IMG/VR virus record: IMGVR_UViG_3300045988_183163
Direction: 5' to 3' (one strand)
DNA: 64,000 bases
Source of the DNA: a virus
Part shown: in pieces, positions 37,383 through 47,471 of the stretch
Numbering within the stretch: the first letter of the stretch is position 1
How the letters are laid out: every line of letters starts with the position of its first letter
Program-made: the position numbers and the translations under genes
Notes under the pieces: model-generated
What the model was told of the DNA's origin: nothing
Databases searched by the model: none
What the model saw: the letters and a program-made list of their open reading frames with translations, nothing else

Positions 37383-37937
37383 TCAGGCAGCGCTTTTATC
37401 GCTGTCGTTCTTCTTTTCTGTCGCCGCATCCGAAAGGCCATCGAACAGCTCAACCGCCGTGGACACAAACAGCTGGCTCTGAACCGTGATTTTCCCCGGC
37501 TCCGGAGTCCGCTCTTTCATGTGCGCAGCAGCATTATAAATTGCCGCCAAAACCCCATGCTTCATCAAAACCACTTCTCTGATATCCGCATTTTCAGCGG
37601 CAAGGAAGCTGGCGAGGTTGTAGGCCCGCCCAAGCATCGGCTCATCGTACAAAGGAGCATTGCGCTGAACCATGGTAGTATAAACAGCGGGTTGTTTCCC
37701 GGTATCGCTGAACCGAATGCCTCGAAAGCCAGAACTGACCTCATACAAAAGCGTGAGGCGTTCGGTCAGAAACACCGCCGTCTCGGCAATTCTCTTTGCC
37801 GTTTCATCAGGGAACGGAACGGCATTGTCCTGCTGTGCCGCGTGCAGAATTTTTTTGGCTAAAAGCCGTTTCGCATATTCCTGCACATCGTGGTCAAGCT
37901 CGTAGCAAATGTGGCTTGCCGTCTTGTCTGTACGCAT
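37383..37937 (-). CDS. hypothetical protein
   Basis: Start at MRTDKTASH with RBS TAGGAGGTAATC. Confidence 0.45.
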   Translation of the reverse strand: MRTDKTASHICYELDHDVQEYAKRLLAKKILHAAQQDNAVPFPDETAKRIAETAVFLTERLTLLYEVSSGFRGIRFSDTGKQPAVYTTMVQRNAPLYDEPMLGRAYNLASFLAAENADIREVVLMKHGVLAAIYNAAAHMKERTPEPGKITVQSQLFVSTAVELFDGLSDAATEKKNDSDKSAA

Positions 37938-37941
37938 ATGA

Positions 37942-40137
37942 TTACCTCCTAGTTCTTGCGGCCTTCTGCTTGTCAACCCACGCTTCAGCTTCCTCTACTG
38001 TGGCATACACAGCCGTCTCACCGCGCCGGGCAATCTGCTTTCGGGCATTCTGTGCTGCCTGCTCACTCTTGTAAGTTTCATAGCCAATGTAGGACCCATC
38101 CCATCGGGCAAGGCAGCAGTAATATTCGTGGCTCTTGGCGGGAGCTGTCGGGACAAAGGGAGGAGGTACTGCGGGTGTTGCCTGAGTCGGCTGTGCGGCA
38201 GAAATCGGTGTTCCGGTCTTTCTGGCAATTAGATTCTGCTTTTCTGCCATCCAGGCATCAGCTTCCTTCATATAATAGAAGTACTTTGCTTCACAATTGT
38301 TGAACAGCGAATAATACATATTAAGCATTTCTTTCTCGCTGCTGCAGACCTTCTTGCGTGCTAAATTATACCCTGCATCGTAGTAGCAGCAGATGAAAGC
38401 ATCCCCACGCGGTGCTTTCTTCGTCTCATCCTCCTTGTAGTCTGGATACAGCTTGGCGAGGTCGTCCGCCGTATTCTTTTCCGGGTCCAGCGTAGATGCG
38501 TCGAACCCATTTGGAAGCTCCCAGTCATGAGAACTGATGACGTTCAGGAAACTGCTTGCATACTGCATTGTCCAGCGCCCAACATGGACGAACCCAAAAC
38601 TTTCAAGACACCGAATCTGTTTCGGGGTAGCCATTCCGCTGGCTCTGCGAGCAATGAGTCGTTTGAGAATTGCAGCGGCAAGGCCCTGAGATTTGATGGC
38701 ATCCCCTTTTACGCCGTAGCACGAAATACTATCGATGATGTCATCGGAAGGCTCCTGCCTCTCACTCTCAAACATCGGCTGATAGTCGTTGAGTTCCGGC
38801 GCTTCGATGCTGAAGATATACTGCAGAGGGTCAACGAGCCCTCTCGGCTTTTGACGCTGTGCCTGGAGTTTACGCTGAATCGTATCCTGCTTTTCGAGTT
38901 CACACAGTGCTTTCCGCTTTTCCTCGTCCAGCTCAGTCTGTGCTTCCTCGATTGCCTCAATCAGCCCCAATTCAGGACTCCCGAAATTCTCCTGGCTATT
39001 CGAACCGGTGAGTGCCGCATCCGCCAGCATATCGGTGGTCTTTTGTGCCACTTCTTGGTCTTCACAGAAAATATCAGCAGGATGGCAAAGACTATGTTTC
39101 TTTGTCAGCCACAGGAAATCCAGCACGAGAAGATTCTTTTTCCCTTCACACAGACGTGTTCCGCGTCCCACAATCTGCGCATACAGGCTGCGGCTCCTGG
39201 TAGGACGCAGGCAAATGATGCAGTCAACGGTCGGGCAATCCCAGCCTTCCGTCAGAAGCATCGCGTTCGTGAGCGCCTTGTACTCGCCGTTGTCGAATCC
39301 TTTCAGAACGTCCTCGCGGTCCGCAGACGCGCCATTGACTTCTGCAGTCTTGAAGTTCCGCTTATTGAGGATATTGCACAGTCTTTTGCTGATTCGTACC
39401 AGAGGCGTAAAGATAACGGTCTTTCGGTTCTGGCATTCTCGTACAATGGCATCCGCAATCGTGTCCAGATACAGGTCAAGAACATTGCCGAGGTCCTGAG
39501 CACTGAAATCACCGGCGTTGATATGGACTTTGCTGATATCCACCTTGACAGGAATCGTCTTCGTGTTGATTTTGCAGAGATAACCTTCCCGAATTGCATC
39601 CGGAAGCTTATATTCAAATGCAAGACTATCAAAGATATCAGATAGGGATTTCATGTCGCTTCGGTCGGGTGTTGCGGTCACGCCCAACACTTTGGCATCG
39701 ATGAAATGCTCGAGAATTCCCTTGTAAGTTTTGGTTGCCGTGTGATGCGCTTCATCAATGATGATAGTCCCGAAATAATCACGCGGATACTTCATTAACC
39801 GATTCTGCTTAGAGAGAGTCTGTACACTGGCAACCACGACCATCTTATCGGAATCGAGCGCCGAGCTTTGTGCTTTCTCTAACGCGGTCTCTAGCCCCGT
39901 CACCATCTTGAGCTTGTCGCTTGCCTGCTGTAAAAGCTCTTCCCGGTGCGCAAGAATCAAAACGTGTTCGCCCTTTGCCACCTGGTCGTTCACGATGCTT
40001 GCAAACACAATAGTTTTGCCGGTTCCGGTCGGCATCACAACCAGCGTTTTCTTATTCCCGGCATCCCACTCCCTGTGAATCGCTGCAGCAGCTTCCTGTT
40101 GGTAGGGCCGGGAGTCAATCTTCTTTGTCATTGTCAT
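37942..40137 (-). CDS. SF2 DEAD/DEAH-box helicase with a long C-terminal extension
   Basis: Walker A VVMPTGTGKT, DEAH box IIIDEAHH, motif III-like GVTATP, motif VI QIVGRGTRL; 731 aa. Confidence 0.75.
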   Translation of the reverse strand: MTMTKKIDSRPYQQEAAAAIHREWDAGNKKTLVVMPTGTGKTIVFASIVNDQVAKGEHVLILAHREELLQQASDKLKMVTGLETALEKAQSSALDSDKMVVVASVQTLSKQNRLMKYPRDYFGTIIIDEAHHTATKTYKGILEHFIDAKVLGVTATPDRSDMKSLSDIFDSLAFEYKLPDAIREGYLCKINTKTIPVKVDISKVHINAGDFSAQDLGNVLDLYLDTIADAIVRECQNRKTVIFTPLVRISKRLCNILNKRNFKTAEVNGASADREDVLKGFDNGEYKALTNAMLLTEGWDCPTVDCIICLRPTRSRSLYAQIVGRGTRLCEGKKNLLVLDFLWLTKKHSLCHPADIFCEDQEVAQKTTDMLADAALTGSNSQENFGSPELGLIEAIEEAQTELDEEKRKALCELEKQDTIQRKLQAQRQKPRGLVDPLQYIFSIEAPELNDYQPMFESERQEPSDDIIDSISCYGVKGDAIKSQGLAAAILKRLIARRASGMATPKQIRCLESFGFVHVGRWTMQYASSFLNVISSHDWELPNGFDASTLDPEKNTADDLAKLYPDYKEDETKKAPRGDAFICCYYDAGYNLARKKVCSSEKEMLNMYYSLFNNCEAKYFYYMKEADAWMAEKQNLIARKTGTPISAAQPTQATPAVPPPFVPTAPAKSHEYYCCLARWDGSYIGYETYKSEQAAQNARKQIARRGETAVYATVEEAEAWVDKQKAARTRR

Positions 40138-40193
40138 ATTTCACCTAAAAAAACAAGCAGGCCCGAAATGAGCCTGCCTTACATTTTCCCAAT

Positions 40194-40394
40194 TTAGTTC
40201 ATTGCCCGCTGCATCACAAATATGATGCCGGTTGCCAAAACCATAACGCCAATGTCTCTGACAACGGTTCCGACCCGTTTATCATTGGTAATGTCCTGAT
40301 TCCATTCAAATCCCCAACCAATCATAGCGACACCAACCACAATCAAAATAACACCAACAATCGTTAAGCTCTCTTCTGATAAACCGTACATCAT
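40194..40394 (-). CDS. small membrane protein
   Basis: Start at MMYGLSEES (RBS GGAAAGGAAATGC); two TM helices. Confidence 0.4.
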   Translation of the reverse strand: MMYGLSEESLTIVGVILIVVGVAMIGWGFEWNQDITNDKRVGTVVRDIGVMVLATGIIFVMQRAMN

Positions 40395-40478
40395 GCATTT
40401 CCTTTCCGCAAACAAAAAGCCCCGCACAAGCAATTCATGCGGGGCAGCGATTCGATATACTTCTACTTTATATTTGCT

Positions 40479-40506
40479 ATTGTACGCAATTCGCACAGAT
40501 TAGCAA
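40479..40506 (-). promoter_or_regulatory. conserved promoter family copy (TTGCTA-N16-TACAAT)
   Basis: Minus strand reads TTGCTAatctGTGCGAATTGCGTACAAT. Confidence 0.5.
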
Positions 40507-40563
40507 TAGAAAATTACAAAAAATTCCCGCATGAGCGCTATCACTCACGCGGGAAAATGCTGC

Positions 40564-41172
40564 TTAGTACTCGGTGCAGAGAACCGTCAAAAGGCTGGAG
40601 AAGTAGTACATTGCGATGGTCGTGATTTTCACAGCATCGCTTCCCTGCCCGTTTGCAAGGCGTGTAAAAGTTCCGCCGTTCTTGAGTCGGGTCATGGTCA
40701 GGTACATGAGCATATAGGTGTTCACATAGACGTCTGTATATCGCTGACCGTCGTCCTCGTAGCGCTGCGGGATACATTCCTGACTCAACATTTCAATGAG
40801 CTGATACCAGGATTTCAGGAACAGCGGGCTCTTCGGCTCATTCAGAGCATTCTGAGCCTGCTTCTGGTATTCCTTCAAAGTCTCCTCTTTCAGAGGCATA
40901 AACTCAACGTTCGCAAACTTATCGCGGTTGTAGTAGAGCCACAGCGTAGCGTTGGACAGGTCCATGCAGATACCGGCGAGCTTCTCCGCCTTTTCATCTT
41001 CCAGCTGAGTCACCGGAACGCTCGGGTCATCGATTTCGGCATCTTCGGAAGTCATGTCCACAATCCGGTAGCTGTTCTCCTCTGCCCGAATTTCAGAACT
41101 GACGAAGCGCTTGAAATCGTCAACGAGAGTCCGATAAGCTTCGAGCTGAGCATTTTCTTTCTGTTCACTCAT
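40564..41172 (-). CDS. hypothetical protein
   Basis: 202-aa ORF. Confidence 0.5.
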   Translation of the reverse strand: MSEQKENAQLEAYRTLVDDFKRFVSSEIRAEENSYRIVDMTSEDAEIDDPSVPVTQLEDEKAEKLAGICMDLSNATLWLYYNRDKFANVEFMPLKEETLKEYQKQAQNALNEPKSPLFLKSWYQLIEMLSQECIPQRYEDDGQRYTDVYVNTYMLMYLTMTRLKNGGTFTRLANGQGSDAVKITTIAMYYFSSLLTVLCTEY

Positions 41173-41211
41173 GTTTATATCTCCTATTCGTTCTATCTTG
41201 GATTTTTATTT

Positions 41212-41239
41212 ATTGTATGCGTATCGCACGTTTTTGCAA
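41212..41239 (-). promoter_or_regulatory. conserved promoter family copy (TTGCAA-N16-TACAAT)
   Basis: Minus strand reads TTGCAAaaacGTGCGATAcgcaTACAAT. Confidence 0.45.
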
Positions 41240-41377
41240 GAGTTCTGGCCCTAAGCACATTTTTGGCAGTTTGTCAATGGCCGCAGAATATCAAAGTGCT
41301 GTTAAAGTTCAGGCGGAAAAACGTTCTGGAACCAACAAACCCGGGCTCCCGCCTCTTGCATTTGTTTACCGCCTTTT

Positions 41378-42085
41378 TCAGCCTGTGTTCTGGCTGTTCT
41401 TCTTGACATCGGCTGCAACCTTCAAGCGGCGTATGTACTCTTCCAGTTCCTCCAGCGTATAGGTCTCTTCCATCTCAATCGGATTCTTAGCGTCTTTGGG
41501 CAGGTAGCTTTTCGTGCAGACGAATTCAGGAGTTGTCACGGGACAATCCAGAACCGTTTCATCGTACAGTTCCTTCTCAATGTTGCGGTAGAGAAAGAAC
41601 GGGATATGCCGTCCGCAATCGTCATCCGATTCCGTCCATTCCGGGAGTTCCTGAATCTCGCGGCCATATGTTTCATACAATACCGTGTTTGCCCGAGCAT
41701 TGCCAAGCAGGGTATTGTACAGCTTGAAGTTTTCCCTCACTTCACGGCGAAAGAACTTCGGGAGCGAGAACTCCTCGAATTCCAGCTTCGTATCAGAACG
41801 TAGATAGTAGCGGTACTGCGCCTCGACCGGCATGAATTCAGTCGTGTTGTTCAGTTCTTTCAAAGCGTTGAGTCGTTCACTCGTTTTTTTGACATTATGC
41901 CTTGCATAGCACAGATACGCTGAAACCAGAATCATCAGAAGAAGAGCTGCAAGGATAATGACAATGAGCCATTCCTCGCCTTCCATATGCGGCAGGTGTT
42001 TCAGAATACTATCCTGGATAGCATAAGGAAGGTCATCGAACCATTCATAGAACCCAATCGGGTCCTGATAAGTATGGGGAGCCAT
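41378..42085 (-). CDS. membrane-anchored hypothetical protein
   Basis: 235 aa with one N-terminal TM helix. Confidence 0.5.
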   Translation of the reverse strand: MAPHTYQDPIGFYEWFDDLPYAIQDSILKHLPHMEGEEWLIVIILAALLLMILVSAYLCYARHNVKKTSERLNALKELNNTTEFMPVEAQYRYYLRSDTKLEFEEFSLPKFFRREVRENFKLYNTLLGNARANTVLYETYGREIQELPEWTESDDDCGRHIPFFLYRNIEKELYDETVLDCPVTTPEFVCTKSYLPKDAKNPIEMEETYTLEELEEYIRRLKVAADVKKNSQNTG

Positions 42086-42103
42086 GATTCACCCTCACCG
42101 CCA

Positions 42104-42991
42104 TCAGTAAATAAACTTGCATTCCCGGCGTTCCCGGCCATTGCCGCACCAGTAATGCCGCCAGCGGGGAGTTTTGCCTTCCCCATTCTTTTTGTATTCT
42201 TTGGCCGCATTCTCACCAACGGTATATGTCTTGACGTTGATTCGCTGTGCCTTTCCCTGAAACACGAATACCGGGCGGTCACGCTTTTTGGAAGTTTCCA
42301 AGCAGACATCAGGGTTCTTGCTGGCAAGATAGTTGGCGCACAGGATTGCCAGCCGGACATAAGGTGTGCCGCCGTCAAAGACCGAAGGGACTGCTTCCAT
42401 CACAGCCGGTACGCTGATACCATTTACTTGCCGCTGCCCTGCTGCCTTTTCCAGGTATTCTTTCGTGCTCCGAGTTGCTTCCGTCAAACTCTGATTTTCC
42501 TTGGCCCAGGCAGGCAGAGTCAGGAACGTGAAATCATCGTGGCTGCCCTTAGTGGGGCCGACAAGAACGATACCGAAAGCTGTGGTTTTCTCTTTTTCGT
42601 CGAATTCCACATGCACGAACATACCGTTGTAGTCGTAGCTGTCATACACCGGGATAAAGAAATCACGAACCGGGAGTCGCTGCAGGATATCCTGATGAAT
42701 TGCCACGTCATCCGTATCCATCAGCATTTTCTGAAACTCGTAGTCAAAATCATAGACCGTCTTCGTCTGATTCCAGCAGCCAATGGTAAAGCAGGGAAAA
42801 ATCTGCGCAGCCAAAACACGCTCAAAACCCGGCGTGTTCATTCTCTGCGCCGCTGTCATGCAGCACAGCATCGCGGACTTGTTGTATTCTTCCAGCGTTT
42901 TTCCACACGGGTCACTGAATCCAAAATGGTTTCGGGTTTGTTTGGTAACGGCATTCGCCGTCAATGCGATTCTCAGCTGTTCATTGGTCAT
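42104..42991 (-). CDS. hypothetical protein, paralog family A (second copy)
   Basis: 295 aa; shares RLPVRDF..., MFVHVEFD, KTYTVG and HYWCGNGR motifs with 21552..22628. Confidence 0.55.
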   Translation of the reverse strand: MTNEQLRIALTANAVTKQTRNHFGFSDPCGKTLEEYNKSAMLCCMTAAQRMNTPGFERVLAAQIFPCFTIGCWNQTKTVYDFDYEFQKMLMDTDDVAIHQDILQRLPVRDFFIPVYDSYDYNGMFVHVEFDEKEKTTAFGIVLVGPTKGSHDDFTFLTLPAWAKENQSLTEATRSTKEYLEKAAGQRQVNGISVPAVMEAVPSVFDGGTPYVRLAILCANYLASKNPDVCLETSKKRDRPVFVFQGKAQRINVKTYTVGENAAKEYKKNGEGKTPRWRHYWCGNGRERRECKFIY

Positions 42992-43587
42992 TTGTTATCC
43001 TCCAAATTATTTTTGATTTTTGCCATATGCAAACAGCGCTGGACCATCCCAATGGTGAATTTGCGAGTCGTCAGTACTGTCATGAGCTTGCCTTCATTAC
43101 CCTTGATAGTTCGTTCCAAAATGTTCCAGGATTCGCTTTCGGGCTTGACATTGGTATATAAGTCCAGCGGAACATACAGCCACGCGATTTCACTGTCCTG
43201 CATCACGGCATAGGATTGTAGGATTTTATCAATTGCCTCCACGCCGACCTTCCAGCTGGTGATTATGGTCCGGCTGATATCGTATACAATCAGGTGCGGT
43301 GCTTCATTTGCTTCCGTATCAACTTCAATGACATGAGCAATATACGGTTTCCCGTCCACCAGCTTATACCGATAAATGATGGACGGGATTTTCTCTCGAA
43401 TCAATCTGTCATGTTCAAGCGCCAAGTCCGCGTACTCGCCCGTTGCATCAATGATGATGACTCGTCCCTGACAGGTCCTCAGTGTCGCTCTAATTTGCTT
43501 GCGGCACCAGGCAGAGCTGCTCTCTTTGTACTCCGTCGAGACAAGAAAGAAATTCCTGCCCGGTGTGATAATGGGTTCATAGCTCAT
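42988..43587 (-). CDS. hypothetical protein
   Basis: 199 aa; its ATG overlaps the upstream stop. Confidence 0.5.
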   Translation of the reverse strand: MSYEPIITPGRNFFLVSTEYKESSSAWCRKQIRATLRTCQGRVIIIDATGEYADLALEHDRLIREKIPSIIYRYKLVDGKPYIAHVIEVDTEANEAPHLIVYDISRTIITSWKVGVEAIDKILQSYAVMQDSEIAWLYVPLDLYTNVKPESESWNILERTIKGNEGKLMTVLTTRKFTIGMVQRCLHMAKIKNNLEDNK

Positions 43588-43626
43588 TGTTTATCCTCTG
43601 TAGCTTTTGTAATTCATTCACTTTTA

Positions 43627-43654
43627 ATTGTCTGCAATTCGCACAGTTTCGCAA
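43627..43654 (-). promoter_or_regulatory. conserved promoter family copy (TTGCGA-N16-GACAAT)
   Basis: Minus strand reads TTGCGAaactGTGCGAATTGCAGACAAT. Confidence 0.45.
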
Positions 43655-43687
43655 CATGATATTGTCTGTGAATACCAGTTATCGGAG

Positions 43688-44326
43688 TCATAGTCCTTTG
43701 ACAAAATTCGGGTCGTAGTGGGACAGGACTTCCTCGTTCAAGCTGTATTCGCAGTTGATAGTCGTTGCGTCATCCACATACATGCCTCGGTTTGCGTAGT
43801 ATATTCCATCAATATAAATGGCGAACATGACGGACGGCATCAGTGCCTTTTCATTCACTGCGTAAATCAGGTATTCATCCAGATTATCCTTGACCACCGC
43901 GCTCTTATTGATTTGGGCGATTTGCTGTCCGCCAAGAAATACAGGGCAGCATACTCCTTCTTTTCCAAAACCAATTTTGTAGCTCTGGTATTCCTCGCCA
44001 TACAGCTGCATGGCGATAGAATTGTATCCTTGGAGGAATCCGGTTTTTGTATGGATGACGGAAATCTCGCCTACCGTGCAGTTGTTCTCACGGATAGCAA
44101 AAGGGTGTCTCAGAATATCTTTTGTGTTGATGCCGCGCATGTACGCCCTTGCGTCAGCAGCTGGCATGTATTGCAGCAGGAACTTGGAATCATTCAGCCG
44201 GATGCCATAACCCTGCCGTAGCAATTTCGGGATATAGTGTGCCTGCCCGATAACGGCCTTGCCTTTCACGATATCGAAGGTGAACTCATATCCTTTCGAT
44301 TTGGTTTGCTTCACAATCCATTGCAA
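43688..44326 (-). CDS. hypothetical protein
   Basis: 212-aa ORF. Confidence 0.5.
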   Translation of the reverse strand: MQWIVKQTKSKGYEFTFDIVKGKAVIGQAHYIPKLLRQGYGIRLNDSKFLLQYMPAADARAYMRGINTKDILRHPFAIRENNCTVGEISVIHTKTGFLQGYNSIAMQLYGEEYQSYKIGFGKEGVCCPVFLGGQQIAQINKSAVVKDNLDEYLIYAVNEKALMPSVMFAIYIDGIYYANRGMYVDDATTINCEYSLNEEVLSHYDPNFVKGL

Positions 44327-44753
44327 GACTCATCGCCTCCTTTTGCCTTCTCACTCGCTGGATAACCTTGTAAATACCAGGAACCGAGAGCTGATATTTT
44401 TCGGATAGTTTCTGCACCGGCACACCACTCTCGTATTCTCGAAAGATATTCTCATTGCGGGGTTTTTGCCGAATTTTGATGCGCTCATTTCTACGGTTTT
44501 CAGTCAGGCCCGCATCGTTGGCAACCATGCTGCAATATCCTTCTGCCACGTTAAATTTCGCAATCATTTCCTTGAGAGGGACACTGTTCTTGTATGCCGC
44601 AAGAATTTCGGCCTTTCTAGCATCCTCTACCTGCGCCAACTGAATTCTGGCCTCCTGTTTCGCGTCGTCTAACGCTCGATAGCATGTACGGACGCTCAAC
44701 CTGTATTTTGCGGCAAGCTCCTCAATGGAATAGCCGTTGCCGTAGTCTTTCAT
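44286..44753 (-). CDS. DNA-binding protein with two sigma-70 region-4-like / resolvase-type HTH repeats (start uncertain)
   Basis: Repeats YSIEELAAKYRLSVRTCYRAL and VPVQKLSEKYQLSVPGIYKVI. The ORF-track start at 44864 lies upstream of promoter 44837..44864, so it was trimmed to the next ATG. Confidence 0.4.
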   Translation of the reverse strand: MKDYGNGYSIEELAAKYRLSVRTCYRALDDAKQEARIQLAQVEDARKAEILAAYKNSVPLKEMIAKFNVAEGYCSMVANDAGLTENRRNERIKIRQKPRNENIFREYESGVPVQKLSEKYQLSVPGIYKVIQRVRRQKEAMSLAMDCEANQIERI

Positions 44754-44836
44754 GATATTGCAATTTCGCTCAATCAACTTTTTGCTTGCAAATTTTGAGA
44801 TGGTACTCAACTCCTTTGCTTTACGCTTTATTTCTG

Positions 44837-44864
44837 ATTGTCTGCAATTCGCACAAATGGGCAA
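44837..44864 (-). promoter_or_regulatory. conserved promoter family copy (TTGCCC-N16-GACAAT)
   Basis: Minus strand reads TTGCCCatttGTGCGAATTGCAGACAAT. Confidence 0.45.
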
Positions 44865-44922
44865 CTATTTTTGCGAAATAAGAAGGCAGGCTCCGAAAAG
44901 AACCTGCCATGCATATTAGAGG

Positions 44923-45261
44923 TTAAAGATGCCCAGCCAGCGCCGAAACTTGATGCCGAACAATTCCTGTGCCTGCTCGTAGTTCATGATAAGCTGGTTG
45001 CCGCCAGAAATCAACACTATGCCGTCCGGCGTATAAGCCGTTTCCGTAAGCTTTATTGACGGCCTTTTTGAGCTCCTCTTGAAACTCCTGCTCTTCCATT
45101 TCGTTCTTTCTGAATGCTTCCGCAAACGCCTTGTACAAGTCATAGGTCTCTTTGTCGGGGTTAAATGGTGCGGTTCTGTAGTATTCTGTTACGAACCACT
45201 TTTTGCCATCGATGCTGGTCAGATAAAATCTTGTATTCGGAATCGGAATGCTTCCCATCAT
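44923..45261 (-). CDS. hypothetical protein (start uncertain)
   Basis: 113-124-aa ORF; a GGAGG RBS lies near the internal ATG pair. Confidence 0.35.
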   Translation of the reverse strand: MMGSIPIPNTRFYLTSIDGKKWFVTEYYRTAPFNPDKETYDLYKAFAEAFRKNEMEEQEFQEELKKAVNKAYGNGLYAGRHSVDFWRQPAYHELRAGTGIVRHQVSALAGHL

Positions 45262-45266
45262 GTCAA

Positions 45267-45656
45267 TCACCATCCTCCACGACCAAGGCGAACCCACTCG
45301 GTTTTCGTGGTGTGCGAAGTATGATGAGCATATACTTCATATTGCAGCTTGCGCTCATACTCTGCTCTTGACGCTTGTTCTTCCTTCAGCTCCTTGACTG
45401 TGGCGAGCAGCTTATCTTCTCGACCTTCCGCTTCACCCTTGGCAAAAGCTGCTTTTTCGGCTTCTTCGATGCGCTGGTATCTGCTCTTTCGCTCTTTCTC
45501 GATGTAGAGTAACCCGTTGGCTACTGCATCAAGGAACGCTTGCATCTCAGATTCCGGGATAGGTTCTTGGCTTTCTCTGCTTTTGGATATACAGCAAAAG
45601 CCCTCATCGTCGTAATGGATGAAATAGGGTGAGTTCGGAACCTGTTGTACTCGCAT
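45267..45656 (-). CDS. hypothetical protein
   Basis: 129-aa ORF. Confidence 0.4.
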   Translation of the reverse strand: MRVQQVPNSPYFIHYDDEGFCCISKSRESQEPIPESEMQAFLDAVANGLLYIEKERKSRYQRIEEAEKAAFAKGEAEGREDKLLATVKELKEEQASRAEYERKLQYEVYAHHTSHTTKTEWVRLGRGGW

Positions 45657-45711
45657 AGGGCACTTCTTCCTTCCGTCTCAAAGACAATTTGCCGGGACTG
45701 TCTCCCGTTGC

Positions 45712-45745
45712 CCGCTGCTCGCCGCGTGGAGGCTGTCTTTTGGAG
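45712..45745 (-). promoter_or_regulatory. structured motif copy 3 (stem GCTGCTC/GAGCAGC around AGCCTCCACGCGGC, then GGGCAAC)
   Basis: Lies between the VWA gene stop and the next gene. Confidence 0.4.
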
Positions 45746-45775
45746 CAGCTGCGCGGACAAAACCGCGCTTTTGAG

Positions 45776-47470
45776 TTACATCTCTGCGTTAAACAGGTTG
45801 CGGAGCTTGTAGGTGATATCCTCGCTGTTGCCGACGATAGCTGCCGCTTCGTTGATGGAAGCGAGCTCCGAAAGACTATCCGCTGCGTAGTTGTAGCTGA
45901 TGGTGTAAATGGGGATATCCATACCGGCTATGATGTTCTTCGTATCGGAGAAGCCATATCCGGTATTGTTGTCACCGTCCGTGAGCACAAAGATGATGGG
46001 CGTGCAATTCCCACCCAGTTCCTGAGATTTCTGGTAGATGCGGTCCATAGCAACGCAAAGACCGTTGTACATTGCGGTGCTGCCGTTCGCATCGAGGGAG
46101 TTCACGGCACCCTTATACAGAGTTTTCTGGGTCAGAGAGAACTGGTTAATGGGCAGGTATTCCCTGACATCTGAATCAAAGCCAATGATGCCGATATAGT
46201 TGTCGTCATTGATATACTGGATGGTGTTTATCATCGCGGTTTTCAGGGCATTCAGGGGTTCGCCGCGCATCGAGCCGGAAGTATCGACAACGAACTCTGC
46301 CACAATAGGAATGCCTGAGTCCTTCTCTTCTTTCCAGACACTCTGAGCCTGTGCGATGGTGTTGCCATCGTATGCCTTGCCTGTATAAGCATAGTCGTCA
46401 AGACCATTGAATCCGTCCTTGGTCGCCTCTGCCTGGTTCTGAGCGCAGAAGGAAACGAAGGCAGCAATAACTTCCTTCTTCTCCGCAGAGACATTCCCGA
46501 TGGAATACAGAGGATTATCGTGCCGTACACCGAACGGGATGAACTCGTAGTTGCGCTGTAAGGTCGGGTCATTCTGATAAGACTGATACTCCATGACAAC
46601 GCCGTCCACGATGCCCTTGTCTGCCGACTGGACCATCTGCTGGGTCGTGAAGGATACGAGAGGGACGTTCGCTTGAAATTTCTGGAAATTCTCAACAGCA
46701 GCCGTATCGACAATCGTATCGCTGCCGCTGCTCGCAAGAGCCTCAAGCAGAAAATTAAGACCCGTAGCACTTGTGTAGGGGTTCGAGTATCCCATCATGA
46801 GTTTGCCATCGATGGTTGCGTTCAGAACGGAAGAAACAGACGCTTCACCGTATTCAGAGCGAAGCATATCCCCTGTCTTCTTTGATACGAGAATACCCGC
46901 CACATTGCCGACCAGACGGTCAGCCTCAACGGTCAATTCTACGCCCTCGTTCTTCACCAGCTCGCCAAAGAGCGTATTTGAGGGGGTATAGCACTCGGGC
47001 TGATACTTTCCCGTCGAGATGTACTCAGCCGCCGTACCGGACGGAATGGAGCGCAGGGAGACACTCATAGTCTTGTCTCCGGAAGTCTTGTTGTGCTGGG
47101 CGTTGAACTTCTTTGCCATTTCGGTCAGGAAAGAATCTGAGCCGGACTCTGCTGCTTTCTCGCCAGAGGAAAAGATTTCGATGTTCACATCTCCGTTTCC
47201 TACGACCACGAATGGGTAGGAGGATTCAATGTCGGGCAGTTCATCCTTTGCATCAAGGAATTCAGAGACATCCAGCTGCTGAGGATTGACCTTGACCTCC
47301 TGCACGCCGATGCGCTTCATCTTGCTGCTCAAGTTGGCATATGCCTGCTCGGACGTCATTGTACTAATGCTGACGTTTGAGTCCCTCATCACCGTCATCG
47401 AAAATACTCCGAGAACAACGCCTACCACAGCAATGGTTGCAACCACAGGGAAAATGTTCTTTTTTGTCAC
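45776..47470 (-). CDS. membrane-anchored protein with a periplasmic binding-protein-like region and C-terminal VWA domain
   Basis: N-terminal TM helix. The VWA MIDAS motif VVDTSGSMRGEP...GST...VLTDGDNN is clear. Confidence 0.65.
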   Translation of the reverse strand: MTKKNIFPVVATIAVVGVVLGVFSMTVMRDSNVSISTMTSEQAYANLSSKMKRIGVQEVKVNPQQLDVSEFLDAKDELPDIESSYPFVVVGNGDVNIEIFSSGEKAAESGSDSFLTEMAKKFNAQHNKTSGDKTMSVSLRSIPSGTAAEYISTGKYQPECYTPSNTLFGELVKNEGVELTVEADRLVGNVAGILVSKKTGDMLRSEYGEASVSSVLNATIDGKLMMGYSNPYTSATGLNFLLEALASSGSDTIVDTAAVENFQKFQANVPLVSFTTQQMVQSADKGIVDGVVMEYQSYQNDPTLQRNYEFIPFGVRHDNPLYSIGNVSAEKKEVIAAFVSFCAQNQAEATKDGFNGLDDYAYTGKAYDGNTIAQAQSVWKEEKDSGIPIVAEFVVDTSGSMRGEPLNALKTAMINTIQYINDDNYIGIIGFDSDVREYLPINQFSLTQKTLYKGAVNSLDANGSTAMYNGLCVAMDRIYQKSQELGGNCTPIIFVLTDGDNNTGYGFSDTKNIIAGMDIPIYTISYNYAADSLSELASINEAAAIVGNSEDITYKLRNLFNAEM

Positions 47471-47471
47471 G

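Noticed and set aside
38527-39645. 372-aa plus-strand ORF (and 41987..43213, 48670..49965, 40531..41406, 51777..53039)
   Set aside because: All are antisense shadows of well-supported genes (helicase, paralog family A, flotillin, zinc-ribbon repeats). They lack RBSs and break the strand-block organisation.
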